The notes beneath the pieces were generated by a model that worked only from the letters and a program-made list of their open reading frames with translations, was not told the DNA's origin and ran no database searches. A stretch of DNA of 64,000 nt from Lama guanicoe (taxonomy: Eukaryota), in NCBI GenBank assembly GCA_013239625.1, contig MU057202.1:2059101-2123100 (forward strand). The letters run 5' to 3'. Below, piece by piece: positions 12,290 to 24,390 of the stretch. The stretch's first letter is position 1. Every line of letters starts with the position of its first letter. The position numbers and the translations under genes were made by a program.

Positions 12290-12638
12290 GTCTTCCTCAG
12301 CTCTTTGCTCTGAGAACCTGATGGAGCTCCTGGAGGTAAAACCCATGACCGCAGAAGTCCCCCAAGACTGCAGTCCTGGGAGTTTCCAGTCTCGCTGTAA
12401 CCCACACCCAGCCACCGGCAATCTGTCGTTTAAATGAAATCTTCCTACCGTTAATGGCTCCAGCGGCTTCTGCTCCAAGGCAGCAGATCTTACTTGCAAG
12501 GCTCTGGTGATCTGCCCTGTGACCCCAGTCCTCTGATGTGTCCAGGTCATCGATCTTCAGGCCATTCAGGATCTTTCTTGTGGTAAGAATGGGAGTGACA
12601 CTGAGCTGTTCACACGTCAGAGCTGAAACGGGAAGTCA
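12290..12638 (-). mobile_element. Antisense fragment resembling an old L1 5' end (L1MD/L1MC 5end-like), nested in the L1
   Basis: ttcttgtggtaagaatgggagtgacactgagctgttcacacgtcagagctgaaacgggaagtc and gagaacctgatggagctcctggaggtaaaac resemble the remembered antisense L1M 5'UTR consensus. Confidence 0.6.
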
Positions 12639-13300
12639 GCACAACCACTTTAGAAAACAATTTGGCAATTTCTTAAAAAGGTTAACATACACCTGCCATA
12701 TGATCTGGCCATTCCACCCCTAGGTATTTACCCAAGAGAAATGAAGGCGTACGTAGGTCACAGTTTTGCTTATAACAACCTCAAACTGGAACCAACCAAG
12801 ATGTCTGTCCATCAACACGTGAAAGGATAAACAGAACTGTGTTGTATCCACACAACAGAGTATTACGCAGCCAGAAAAACAGAACAAGCTGTTGCAACGT
12901 GCTGCTGTTCATCAGCTGCACCTCAGTCAGTATGAAAAACGGATGCAGGCCACAGCGTCTTTTGTGAGATCAATCTCAAAAAAACTGCCAAATGAAAGAA
13001 GCTATACAAAAAAGAGCACGCAGCCTGTGGTTCTGTGTATGTAAAATTCTAGACATCCAGACGGACAGGAAGCAGCTCAGTCGCTGCTGGGGGATAAGGG
13101 CGCTGAGCGGTGGGACAGGAGGGAGGGACAGGTGAGGGGTGTTGGGGAGCTGTCAGGGTGATGACACAGTCATTATCTTGGTTTGGTGGTGGTGATGGTT
13201 CCGCGGGCATGTACGTGTGTCAAGACCTATCAAGCGGTACACTTTAAATGTGCACGATGTGTGAGGTGTCGATTATACCTCATAAAGCTCTTTGACAAAA
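12639..13300 (+). mobile_element. L1 (L1MC/MD-type) ORF2 end and 3'UTR, continuing the upstream L1
   Basis: accactttagaaaacaatttggcaatttcttaaaaaggttaacatacacctgccatatgatctggccattccacccctaggtatttacccaagagaaatgaa...gtacactttaaatgtgc...attatacctcataaagct. Confidence 0.9.
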
Positions 13301-13409
13301 GAGTCTGAACACAGAAACACTGCCCTTTTAGAGATGTTCTTTCTTTTCTAACAGGAAGGGACATTAGAAATCTAAACGTTAGAGATTTTCAACTGTGATT
13401 CTTGAACGC

Positions 13410-13830
13410 TGAGGCAGAATGTGATTTGCAAAGATGGCCACACCTGAGACAAGTGACCTGCCTCTCCATACACAGAGAGGCAGGGTCTTCGTCCTCTGGA
13501 ATCTGGTGGCCTTGTGACTGTAAACAGAACACAGTGGAAGTAACCCTGCGTGACGTCTGAGGCTGAGTCACAATAGGACATGCGGCCTCTGCTTGGTTCC
13601 CTGGAAACCTTCACTGGGGGGAGCCAGCCACCAAATAAGAATCCTACCAATGCAGAGACCATGTGTGGGTACCCTGGGCAATGGCCCCGCTGAGGTCGCA
13701 GCTGACGGCCACCCTCAGCCAAAAGCCATGTGAGTAGAGGACCTTGGATGTCCAGCCCAGTTGGCCATCAGCCTCCTGCAGCCCAAACTGACACCTGACT
13801 GCACCCCCACGAGAGACCACGGGGATCACC
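13410..13830 (+). mobile_element. MaLR LTR (MLT1G/H-like)
   Basis: ttgcaaagatggcca...gtggaagtaaccctgcgtgacgtctgaggctgagtca...gccatgtgagtagaggaccttggatgtccagcccagt...ctgactgcacccccacgagagacc. Confidence 0.75.
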
Positions 13831-16039
13831 GGATAGCAGGCAGAGGGCAGGATGAAGACCCAGAAGGGTGGGGCTCTGGGACACCCGCTCAGGTAAGGAT
13901 GGCTTGGATCTGTGGAAGCCCCGCCCCTTCACCTTGGACACTAGGCTGCGGAGGCACGGACAGGGAATGAGCAAGTTACGACGGCTGATGCGGCTCGTGA
14001 GTGACCGTGCCGGTCCTCACCATGAACCCTACAGCTCCAGGCCAGGGGCTCCAGTCTCGGCGCGTCACCGGCCTGCTGGGCCATGGGTCCGACCCCAGGT
14101 CAGTTCTGTACTCTTCTGATGGACCCACTATCGTCTCAATAATATGAACTTTAAAAAGTTCACATCGTCCACCTTCCAAAAGCAAATCTATTAGAACAGG
14201 GTAACCAGGCCTTGTGTGTATGAACTTTCAATGCGGAGTCAAGAGATCTGCTTTTAATCCAGCAGATTAATCCCAGATGTGTGCTAAGTGTGACTGTACC
14301 TTTGTTTTCAAAGCACTACCTAGAGAAACACGTCTTTCAAGAAGTGGTGGAAAGAGCACAGCCCTCTCGGCCACACGCATTTCCTCCCAGTTTCCGTCTG
14401 TCCAGTGCTGGCAGCTCCTTCGAGCATCTGCTGCGTTACCTGTTCCCTTCTTCCCCTGTCACGCCCGGGACCTCGGCAGGCCAGTGAGCCACATTCGGGA
14501 ACGCGTTCAGAGACCATTAGTGCAGGAAGCACGGTGAAATCCGAAGAAACCATGAACCAGTGAGTTGGAAAACACGCCATGAAAGGCCTTTTCAGCCTGT
14601 TTCTTTCAGGAGGAGTTTGTTTTTGGATTAAAGGAGTTTATTCAGGTATTCACAAATACCCAGGCTCTCCGCACCAGCTGGAGAGTGGAAACCCGTCCGT
14701 CATGATCAATTGCCGTGCCGGGGACTGGCATGTTCCAACTGGGGAATACACGGATGAAAGAGGCGTAATTAGGTGACACGCCTTCAAAGGAGATGAAAGG
14801 CCCCAAACATCCTCAGAAACGTAGGCAAAAATACACCCTGAGATCACTGCTCCGTTTATTTTGGGGAGCAGCAGTTCCAATAAAAGCCGAGGTGCCAATG
14901 GCATGGAACGCAGCGGCCTCGCACTGGGCTGCTTTCTTTCGGTCTTTTTCTTTTCTTCTTTCCTTGCTCGGGGAAGAAAAATGATGCAAATGTCATTCCT
15001 CTATTTCCTCCACTCCTCCAGCAAGTGGTGCAGATGCCTCCCGCCCCAGCGGGCTCTGGACTAAGCCGATGCTTTGATGGGCTTCCACGGAGCTCAGGCC
15101 CGGGTGGGGACAAGGGGACCGGCGGCCAATGGCACAAGCATTTGATGCCCCCCCACTCCCTCCATCAAATTTTTCCCCGAGTTTTCTGAATGGCTCATTT
15201 GTATTCTCCATTCCTTTGGTTAAAAAACAGGGCCTTTTCTCTGCTTATATTGCTAAGAAAACACGCAAAGTTCCACAATCTTCTTGCAAGCTCCCCTTCC
15301 TTGGACGATCCTTGGTCTCTGATTTGGTTAAACTCAGGAGACTGGCAGGTCTTGGTGACGAGGGAGTTTGGAGCTGGGGGACAGATCGGTCTGCTGATGA
15401 GGAAGAGGAGCCCCGGGGAGGCTGGTGTCTCACTCTGAGCCGTAGGACTAGAGTCAAAATAGAAATTTGAGGGATCCTGAACCCCGAATGTGAGCTCTCC
15501 CCACTGTTCAATTTCCCTTTATTTTTAATCCTTTAATGGACATGCTCGGACTGTGTTCGCAGCACTCATTAACACATATTTAAATAATTATGGAAAAATC
15601 CGCATTTTATGCATCCTTAAGCACTTTGACCTCTGGGCTTGTGCAGCTGGATCTGAGGCGGAGGTTCAGCTACTTGGCGCATTTTAATTAGTGCCCCGAC
15701 TGCCTCTTTTGCCCCTGTGGTCATGAAGCAGCCCACGGCACACCTGCCTCATTGAGCTCAGAGTCTCCAAAACGCTGTATAAACACTTGGCTTTTTCTTT
15801 TCCTTCTCTCCGCTTCCCCCCACCCCTTCTGTTTCCTGGCTGAATTCGAGGGTGCAGAATGAATGTGCTATTGAAAGGCCACTCTGACAACACCGCTAAA
15901 TACGGGTTCCTCTTGGTTGGCAGAATTTTTCCAGTTTAGGTCAGGGCTGCATGGACAGGGATGGGAGGGTACTCATGGCCAAGACCGCGGTTAGAGCTGA
16001 AGGAGCAGACAGACACACGGACAAAGCAGACACGTATGT

Positions 16040-16540
16040 GTCTCTCTCTGTATCTATACACTTAGGTCTTCTACCTTGAGATGTATTTCTGTGTCCCAAC
16101 AGGGACCCACGCTGCTGTGCACCTTGGTGCTGGAACGTTACATTACACCCGTCTTCCTTGTCAACACCCCTGAAGTTAATGGCATGCGACTTCCTCGTGC
16201 GGATGGACCATCAGCTTTAACACCAAGTGTCTGCGGGTGAACAAGCGGACGTTCACTCTGCTATTCATTTGTTACTTCTTTAATTTTGCTGTTATTGACA
16301 GCATTTGACAGACCTCTTTGCACACACACCTCTTCAGTCTAGTTTGAACATTTACTCGGGACAAACTCCTACAAGAGTTGTCCTGAAAGGGTCTGCACAT
16401 TTTAGATTTTGACACGTATTGCTCTTGAGAAAGGTGGGGACGATTTAGGATTCCACCTTCCGTGTCAGAGGATGCCCGCTGCCAGCCCCCTTCACCAACA
16501 CTGCGTGTTGTCATTAAAAGCAGTCTTTGCCTATGAACTG
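16040..16540 (-). mobile_element. Ancient L1ME fragment
   Basis: aagggtctgcacattttagattttgacacgtattgc...ccccttcaccaacactgcgtgttgtcatt...tctttgcc is antisense L1 ORF2 end. Confidence 0.7.
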
Positions 16541-16654
16541 TTGAAATGTTCCATTGACCGAGGGGGTGAGAAGTGGAGGGTGAGGAGGGACCTGGGCTGG
16601 GAGGGGTGGGCAGGGGCGCCTGTGGAGGACCTGGAACTTTCGTTCAGGGTAGGG

Positions 16655-17262
16655 GGCATAAGATGGTGCGGCTACAGTGGAAACCGGTATGAAGTTCCTC
16701 AGAAAATGAACCAAATTACCATATGACCCAGTCATCTCACTTCTGCGTCTACACCCAAAAGCNNNNNNNNNNNNNNNNNNNNNNNNNNNNNNNNNNNNNN
16801 NNNNNNNNNNNNNNNNNNNNNNNNNNNNNNNNNNNNNNNNNNNNNNNNNNNNNNNNNNNNNNNNNNNNNNNNNNNNNNNNNNNNNNNNNNNNNNNNNNNN
16901 NNNNNNNNNNNNNNNNNNNNNNNNNNNNNNNNNNNNNCCATGGATTAATCTTGAGGCATTATGCTGAGTGAAGGAAGTTCATCACAAAAAGACAAATCTG
17001 CATGATCCCACTTGCAGGCGGCACCAGAGTGGTCATATTCATAGAGACGGTAGAACGGTGGCTGCCAGGGGCTGGGGGAGAGGTCATGGAGAGTTAGTGT
17101 TTAATGGGACAGAGTCTCAGTTTGGGAAGACAGGGAAGTACTGGGCAGGGATAGTGGGGAGGCTGTGCAACAACGTGAATGCTAATACCACGGAACCGTA
17201 CGCTTAAAAATGGTGAAAATGGTCAATTTCGTCTTGTGTATGTTCCACCATAATTAAAGAAA
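16655..17262 (+). mobile_element. L1MB-type 3' end spanning the assembly gap
   Basis: aattaccatatgacccagtcatctcacttctg [gap] catggattaatcttgaggcattatgctgagtgaa...gagttagtgtttaatgggacagagtctcagtttgggaaga...cttaaaaatggtgaaaatggtcaattt. Confidence 0.9.
16763..16937. other. Assembly gap (175 N)
   Basis: Run of n characters inside an L1. Confidence 1.
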
Positions 17263-18495
17263 ACACCGGACAGCTGCAAGCACCCATGAGAGGCACCTCC
17301 CTCATGACTTGGGGGCCCCAGAGTGAGGCGCTGGGAGGCCCTGCCGAGGACCAGTGAAGGGTGACAGGAGGCCCTTGGAGATGACACGGGGTGGGGGCTT
17401 CACCCGGCGCACCCAGCGCAGGGGGCCCCGCCCCAGCTTCCATCCATCCGCAGGCCCCGAGGCCATCTTCTGGAGCCAAAAGGTCACCCAGGGGACACGC
17501 TCCTGCAGACAGGCCACCGGGCTGCCAAGTGTCAACACGTCTCCACTCAGAGACACTGGTGGAGATAAGAATGCAGGAGAGGTGTAACTTAAGTGTCATC
17601 TGAAAGCCACCAGGGGCTTAGCCACACTTCAAAGTGCGACACAGGGTGGGGCCCCGAGACAGGAGGGCGCAGACAATGCACTGGGCGGGTGATTATGACT
17701 TATCATGTTGCACCCTGGCGTGTGAAAAGGGCGCAGGTGGGACCTCTCCCGGGAACGGGGTCGGGGCCTTGAGGGGACGGTAACTGGTTGATAAATGGCA
17801 GCAAAGTCGAGAGAGCTCGGATGGAGAAGGGACACCTTGTCCCCAGCGGTAGCTGAGGTCCTGAGCCCTGACTGACCAGTTAACCGCAGCAGGAAGAGCA
17901 GGGCCGTGAACACGAGGGCGCGGAGGCAGCGCCCGGCAGCCCCGGCGGGAAGGGCGCGCAGTGCGCCCGCGGAGTCCGACTCGCATTCCAGGAGGGCGCA
18001 CCAGGACGGGGGCCAAACTCCCCTAATCCTGGGTAACTTTAGTCCAAATAAGAAAAAAGCCCGAGTCCCCGATGGCACCCTGCACGAGCAACTCTGCCTT
18101 CTCTGCAAGCGACAGAGGAAGTAGGGTTCCCACCGTCTGGCGGTGCCTTCATCTAAAACAAATGCAACTTTGGCAACAAACTTCACAGGCTTGTCGGAGG
18201 GCGCTTTGCTCTTCTGCCTGTAGCCACCGAGCCAGGAGCCCTCGGGGTGTCCAGGGCGGATGACCCCCGCGTGCCGGGGTGCGAGGAAACCACATTCCTG
18301 TCCCTGCGGAGACGTGGCCCGGGTGCCGAGGCCACCACAGCCAGAGGGGAGCATGCGTGGCCTGGGGATCGGGAGGAATTCCTGGCGGGGACGACGCTGA
18401 AGCCGAGGGCTGGTGGGGGGGCAGGGAAGAGCTTGCTTCCTGCCTCCTGTTGTCTCTGGGAGGGGGGGCATCAAGAAACGGGGAGCAGCAGAGGC

Positions 18496-18658
18496 CAGAG
18501 GTGGGAGGGAGCTGGGGGTGGGAGGGACGGACTCCCCGTCCCTGTGCCAGGACCACAGAGGTGGGGGGGCTGCTGTGGGGTGAGGGGAAGGGACGCCCTC
18601 CCCGTCCCTGTGCCAGGACCACAGAGGTGGGGGGGCTGCTGTGGGGTGAGGGGAGGGA
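18496..18658. repeat. G-rich minisatellite, 66-bp period, ~2.4 copies
   Basis: ctccccgtccctgtgccaggaccacagaggtgggggggctgctgtggggtgagggga starts at 18532 and again at 18598, with a degenerate partial copy upstream. Confidence 0.92.
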
Positions 18659-19819
18659 GCCTGAACAATCACCAGGGGCCCTCCAGCCGCTGCTTGTTGT
18701 GTGGATCTTTTCTTGAGGACCACGAGAAGCCCCGGGAAGGCCTTAAGAAGAGATCCCGAGCTCTACAACTCAGAGTCACATCTCCAGCTGAGCAGTGGGG
18801 CCTGGGCTGGGTGGGGCCGGGACCTGCGGGGTGTCCGGGATGAGGAAGCGGGGCGTGGGTCGGGGAGCGGCCATGAGGATGCAGAGGGGATGGGACTGGG
18901 TCAGGCTTAACGAGTTTCTTAATGAGCTTCCCCTAAAGTGCTCTGTCAGAATTTCTTTCTTTCTTTTTTTTTTTTTGGCCAGGCTCTGCATTATGTCTTA
19001 GAAAAGAGGTGACATGATTTGTGAAGGGAGGGAGAGGAGTATGCAAAAGTAGAAAAACCAAAGACATGGCTGGAGCCCCGTCTCTTCTGCCAGGGCTGTC
19101 ACAGGCTGGAGTCTGGGAACATCTCACTGGTCATGTCACCGCCCCTCTAGCGCAAGACGCAGCAGAGAGCCGGTACTGGGCATCGCGAGGCACCAGAGTC
19201 CAGAACCCACTTTGCTGCTGGTGACCTGGCCTGCATGACCCTGATGGTGCCTGCCACCCGCAGGCACAGATGTCCGGGCCCCCGAGCCTGGATGCCCCAT
19301 TGTTTACATGTTGTGCAGAGACTGGGTCCTTCACCAGTGCAGCCTGGTGGGTGCCAGGCTGACCACCCAGACGAGCGTCCCGGGGCGGCAAAAGGCCACC
19401 ACGTGCCGCCCAGTCTGCTTGACTGGCCGAGCAGGTGGACATCCCAACACAGAAACATGGGGATGGGAAGGCAGGGGGTCCCCAGAGGGGCCAGGTCTTA
19501 CCTTGGTGGTTGGGATGAGCAGGGGTTCGGTGTGTGTTGCAGGCTGCAGGCGGCATTTTGGGGCATGGCCGGGACCATAGGAGTGTCCTGGGGCCTCAGG
19601 TGGAGCTGCCACCGGTCTGACCGCAGCGTCCTTCTGAGTACGATGAGTGTGGGCAGCCCTTCTGCGGCGAAGGTCAGGTCAGTCTTAAACCCGCTGAGGC
19701 ATCCGAGGAGACCTGTCCAAAGTCCAGAGGAAGGTGGCAGGTAAGAGCGGAGCTCAGAAGCGAGGTTCAGACCCACCCCGAGTGCCTGGGAGGCTGGTGG
19801 GAAGACAGCTTGGACGCAG

Positions 19820-19940
19820 GTCCCACTCTGCCCTGTGAGACCTCATTCCAGTGACTCCCCCCACCTCCTGTGCCTCAGTTTCCCCATCTGTCAGTGCAGG
19901 ACCCTAACGAATCCCAGCTCCTGGGCTGTGGGAGGTGGGG
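19820..19940 (+). mobile_element. MIR fragment
   Basis: ctgtgcctcagtttccccatctgtcagtg is the MIR core. Confidence 0.7.
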
Positions 19941-21329
19941 GAGCTGCACGTGGAGAAGGCACCACGCAGAGTTGGCCTCTGGAGCCCGGGGCTCACGGTT
20001 TCCCTCCCCGTGCAGCATTGAGCGTATGTTCGGGAATCCAGAGATTCCAGAGTGTAGGATGAGTTAGGAGAGCCGGCACAGCCCAGGGCAAACCGGCCTA
20101 GCCTGCTTACAGACGCCTCTGGTTTAACTCCACGCAACACTGAGTGGTTTAACCTTTCAGGTTCTTTAAATAAACTCTCTCTGCTCTGAACGCCATTCTA
20201 GCTTGGCCTGGAACCAAGAGGGAAAGCGCCCCTTCCGCCGTTCCACGCCGAGCCCGCGGGCTGAGCCTCCGACCCCGTATGGGGCTGCCTGCAGTCACAC
20301 CCGCGTGCCAGCCGTGAGCGAGGGCCTCGGAGAGCCGGCCACCAGCGTCCTTGTCTTGCTGGAGATGTTGCCTTTAGGGCTACTCCGCTCCCGGAAGTTT
20401 CTGCCTCCTGCCGAGGGTCAAGCCTGGGTACATCTCCCCATTTTAGAGAAAACAACAGTTTTGCAGGAAAACCCCGACATAGCCTCCCCGGTGCACGAAC
20501 AAGGGCCCCTGCTCTCCAGAGTGACTGGGACCCGGGAGACAGCGTGCAGGGATTCGTGATTAAAGTGCTCCCTCTTTTCACGTGTAAGAACCTCCTGGAA
20601 AAGTGGGCCTGAAACAGCGCAATTTCAGAGGGGAGACTCCAAGATGGCAGGTGACCCCACCGACTCCCGGCGTGGTGAGGGTGCCGACCCCCGGTCAGAC
20701 CCGGGGAGACCCCGCTCCAAGCCCTGCAGCCTCGGGCGTCTTCTTAACCGCTCAGAGCCGACGTCGTCCACCTCTGCGCGGAGTCAGTGTCTGCCCGGGA
20801 TGCGGTCGTGAACATGACATCAGCCCACGCCTTCAAAAAGCAGGTGAATGGCGGATAAAGCACTGAAATTTACCGACTGCTTGTCACACACAAGGAACTA
20901 TTGTGACAGCTTCTCACGTTATCAGTTTTTTTTTTAATGCAAAACAGAAAAACCCCGAGAGATGATGATCATTATCCTCAGCCCACAGGTGAAGAGCCTG
21001 AAGCGCAGGAAGGGTAGGAGGTGCACTGAGGTCCCCGAGCCAGACCGTTCTGCCTTCCTCCCGGCCTCTCGTGCTAGCCCTCTTTCCTCCTTACATCGCT
21101 CGTCCTGTTGTCCGTCCCCTCCCCCCACCGCACCCCAGCTCACCGATGATCACGTCCTGTCGCGTGAATAACACGCGTGGACTTGACTCTCCCGGGTGGC
21201 TTGAATCCATCCTGCAGGGCTGGGTTCACACAAACCCCCTGTGAAATCTCCCCTGGTCCCTGCAGTCGAGCACATCACGCCCTCCTCTGGGCTCATCTCT
21301 GCTCCTGGTGTCCATTCTCCCAGCTGCGT

Positions 21330-21745
21330 CTGACGAACAGTCAGTCACCAGTTCTTGCTTCCCGCTGAGGCTGCAGTCTGCTTCTCCACCCTTGAGCCTG
21401 GGCTCGGGGCTTTGGCCACTGGGACATTCGTTAGCAGACACATCGGGAGTGCTTGTGCACGGGGCTCCACGGCTAGCTGCCCCGGGGACACTGAGAACTT
21501 GTGTGAGTGAGCCTGGGCCAGCCTACTGGGTGTAAGGGCCACAGGAGGACCGAGACAGCCCAGCCAGCAGCCCAGCCGCCGAGCAGCATGTGAATGGAAA
21601 CCTCTCCCATCCTCTAGCTGACCACAGCATAGGAGACAGCCCAGCAGAAGTCAGCCAGCCCATCCCAGGCCAGGGGAGACACCAGCCTCTGCCAGGAATT
21701 GTGACCTAAGTAAGTTTGGGGATGGTTTGTTACGCAGCGACACAC
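21330..21745 (+). mobile_element. MaLR LTR (MLT1H/I-like)
   Basis: cttctccacccttgagcctgggc...gctttggccactggga...gcctgggccagcctactgg...taagtttggggatggtttgttacgcagc (MLT1 3' terminus). Confidence 0.75.
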
Positions 21746-21833
21746 GCATGCATCTGCATCATCTGGATCGGAGGCTGACGTGGGTGACACACGCGTGTAA
21801 CTGCATCACCTGGATCGGGGGCTGACGCGGGTG
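21739..21833. repeat. Imperfect tandem duplication, 47-bp unit x2
   Basis: gacacacgcatgcatctgcatcatctggatcggaggctgacgtgggt followed by gacacacgcgtgtaactgcatcacctggatcgggggctgacgcgggt. Confidence 0.9.
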
Positions 21834-22459
21834 ATTGAGGGGTGAGTGGATTCTGGCAATCGAGTCATAGAGGGGAGGACGCCCAACACGGCTTGGCTGG
21901 AACCTGACCTGAGTCAGCCCCGGGATGCTCCCGTTGCTTGTTTCGTCGTTGGAGGGGATCGATCTCCCGTCTTGGGCTGCTGTGATGAACTCCTCTGACG
22001 TCTGCCAGCCTGAGTCATCCGCTCAGCTCTCAGCAGCCCCGTCCCGTCCCCTTTGTTACACAGGCGGGTTAGCAGTCGACACTCAGAGCTTCCTTGGCTG
22101 CAGGAACCAGCGCCACCAGCGTCTCTCTGGTTTACGGCAGCACAGATTTCCACCTGCGCACGCTGCAAACCCGCCCTCAGCGCGCGGCGGCTTTGCCCCA
22201 CGTGTTCTCCTGCCAGGGGACGGCCTTCGTCCGGAGCACGGTCTCGGTTGGGGCAGATGGAAAAGAGACATGGGGAACTAATTGTTTCCCAGAGAGTCCT
22301 GCCCGCCCCTCTCCCTGCACGCAGCGCAGAGCCCAGCGGGTACCAGGCGCTCGGTGAAACTCGGCTGCATGACTGAGCGAAGCGTGGGGCAGGTCGGTCG
22401 TGGGGCCTGTGATCTCACAGCACCTGTGACTCTTTCGTCAGGGGAGTAACTGCACTGTA

Positions 22460-23010
22460 TTCTTAAACTTTTTTATTTTGAAACAATTTTAGGCGTTACA
22501 TAAAAGATTCAAAAATCCCCAGGAAAGTTCTCATTTACCCCTACCCAGCATCCTGTCACGCTAACTGACAAAACCACGGTAAGATCAGCAAGGCCAAGAG
22601 GTGAACATCGGTGGGGCCCTGACGACAATGCAGACCCCACCTTCTCCTCCCACGGCTGTTCTCTGTCCTCCCGAGGTCCCGCCCGGGGTCCCGCGTTGCG
22701 CTTAGCTGTCCCGTCTCCTTGGTCCCCTCCGGCTGGGGACGGTTCCTCAGCCTTTCTTCGTCTTTCCTGACCTCAGCATTTCTGAAGAGCACTGGTCACA
22801 CATGCTGTTGCGTTCTCTTCCATTTGGGTTTTTCTGAAGTCTGCTCACGGCCGGGTCCGTGCACGGCGTCCCTGGCACGCCCACCCTGGGAGAGACGCTC
22901 GGTCCTTCTCGGACCATCGCGTCGGGGGGCCTGTGTCTCACTGCTAGCAGTGTTAGCTGGATCTCGTGTGGAAGGGGGTTTCTACCTGGTTTCTCTAAAG
23001 ATGCCACTTT
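22460..23010 (-). mobile_element. L1MC4/5-type 3'UTR
   Basis: ttttattttgaaacaattttagg...gcttagctgtcccgtctccttggtcccctcc...ggttcctcagcctttcttcgtctttcctgacctcagcatttctgaagagcactggtca. Confidence 0.85.
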
Positions 23011-23569
23011 CCCAGCCACGTTCTATTCCAATGGCCAGGGCGCCTGCCCGGCTCTGCGCACAGGTGGGCGCCACAGGGGGACGGGGCCCGTGTCTGATTT
23101 CTCATTGCTGTGTCCCCAACGCCTGTGACCTCTCGTACTTTGTGCTCCACATCTTACTAAAAGAATGAATGTCACGAAAGACATAACCAATCTTCCGGGA
23201 GCTGATACTCAGGGGACAGTGGGCTTTCAGACAAATCACCCTGCATCGAAAGACTTGGGCCAATGATTCTACCTGTGCTTCCTGCAATTCCCGTGTCTTT
23301 AATTTAATCTCATGCTTTATTTTCTCTGCCCCTTCACTCTTACCCCACAGCTGAATGACACACTTCACTTAGGGGACCCTTGATTTGGGTCCTGTGAGAT
23401 TTTGGATGCTAGGGGCAAGGCAGACAAACTTTGCACCGGCGAAACTGACATTTCTTACTGCCCACCTTCACAAAGCCCACGTTCGCCCACCAGCCACCCT
23501 GGCTTCTGAGTCCCTGTGAACCAGTAACTGCCACCATCACAGCCACTTCCAAAGGGAGCTTCAGGGTCA

Positions 23570-23950
23570 TGTCTCGGCTGCAAGTGACCAGGACTCCGAC
23601 TTGCTTGTATAAACAGGCTGGGTAATTGTCTCCGTCTAGAGAAGCACACCGGGAGCTCCCGGTTACTCAGTGGCTCAACGATGCTCTCACGGCCCGGGCG
23701 TGCCCAGTCTCAGCCTGTCGGCCTTTTGTCCTCAGGCTGCAGGATGGCGGCCCCAGACACAGGCATCGCGTCCTGTCTCAGGACAGCGTCCAAAGCAGAC
23801 GTGGGGAAGCGGGTTTCCTTCCAAGTTTCCAGGAAACAGACTTTCCCTTATGTCTTCTTGGTGGGAACTGGGGTCAGAAGACCCTCCCTAATTACAGGTG
23901 AGCCTGGAAAAGAGAACTTCTCGGGTTTATAACCTCCGTACGGGAGGAAC
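23570..23950 (-). mobile_element. Old MaLR LTR (MLT1K/L-like)
   Basis: ggctgcaagtgaccagga...gtggctcaacgatg...gcaggatggcggccccag...cagactttcccttatgtcttcttgg...gaactggggtca. Confidence 0.65.
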
Positions 23951-23952
23951 GG

Positions 23953-24075
23953 AGTTCCTTGTGCTATTTAATATCCCCTTGTTGTTTACCTATTGTATAC
24001 ATGGCAGTGTGTATCTGTTAATCCCAAACTCCTAGTTTACCTTCCTCCCTGTCCCCTCGGTGGGGTTTCTGTGTG
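23953..24075 (-). mobile_element. Cetartiodactyl-type L1 3'UTR fragment
   Basis: ccttgttgtttacctattgtatacatggcagtgtgtatctgttaatcccaaactcctagtttacc. Confidence 0.8.
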
Positions 24076-24289
24076 AGAAGCTGGCTAGACCCCAGGGCCA
24101 TCTAAGAAAGTGGAAAGGTGGAGCTGGTCTGGGACAGTTTCTGCATTTCTGACAATGTTTCATCAAGTCAAGACCAGACCTGGAATCCAGGTCTCCCACT
24201 TGTTACCTTCTTGGTCACAGTTTCCATAAAACTTGCAGTATAACCACAACGAAGCCCGCATGAGGAGCAATTAGGGAAAACCCCCAATC

Positions 24290-24390
24290 CTTCCATCCTT
24301 CCACGTGCCCATCTGTCACGTGGCCCGTCCTTCCTTCCTTCCATCCTTTTGTCAATCCTTCTCTCCCTCCCTCCTTTCCTCCTGTCCTTT
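24290..24390. repeat. Pyrimidine-rich low-complexity (TTCC)n-like tract
   Basis: ccttccatccttcc...tccttccttccttccatcc...ctccctccctcctttcctcc. Confidence 0.7.

Noticed and set aside
16723-16971. ORFs containing poly-X
   Set aside because: Artefacts of translating the N gap.
17629-18723. Longest ORF (364 aa, minus strand)
   Set aside because: It is Pro/Ala/Arg-rich low-complexity translation of GC-rich DNA, runs through a 66-bp minisatellite, and shows no recognisable domain.
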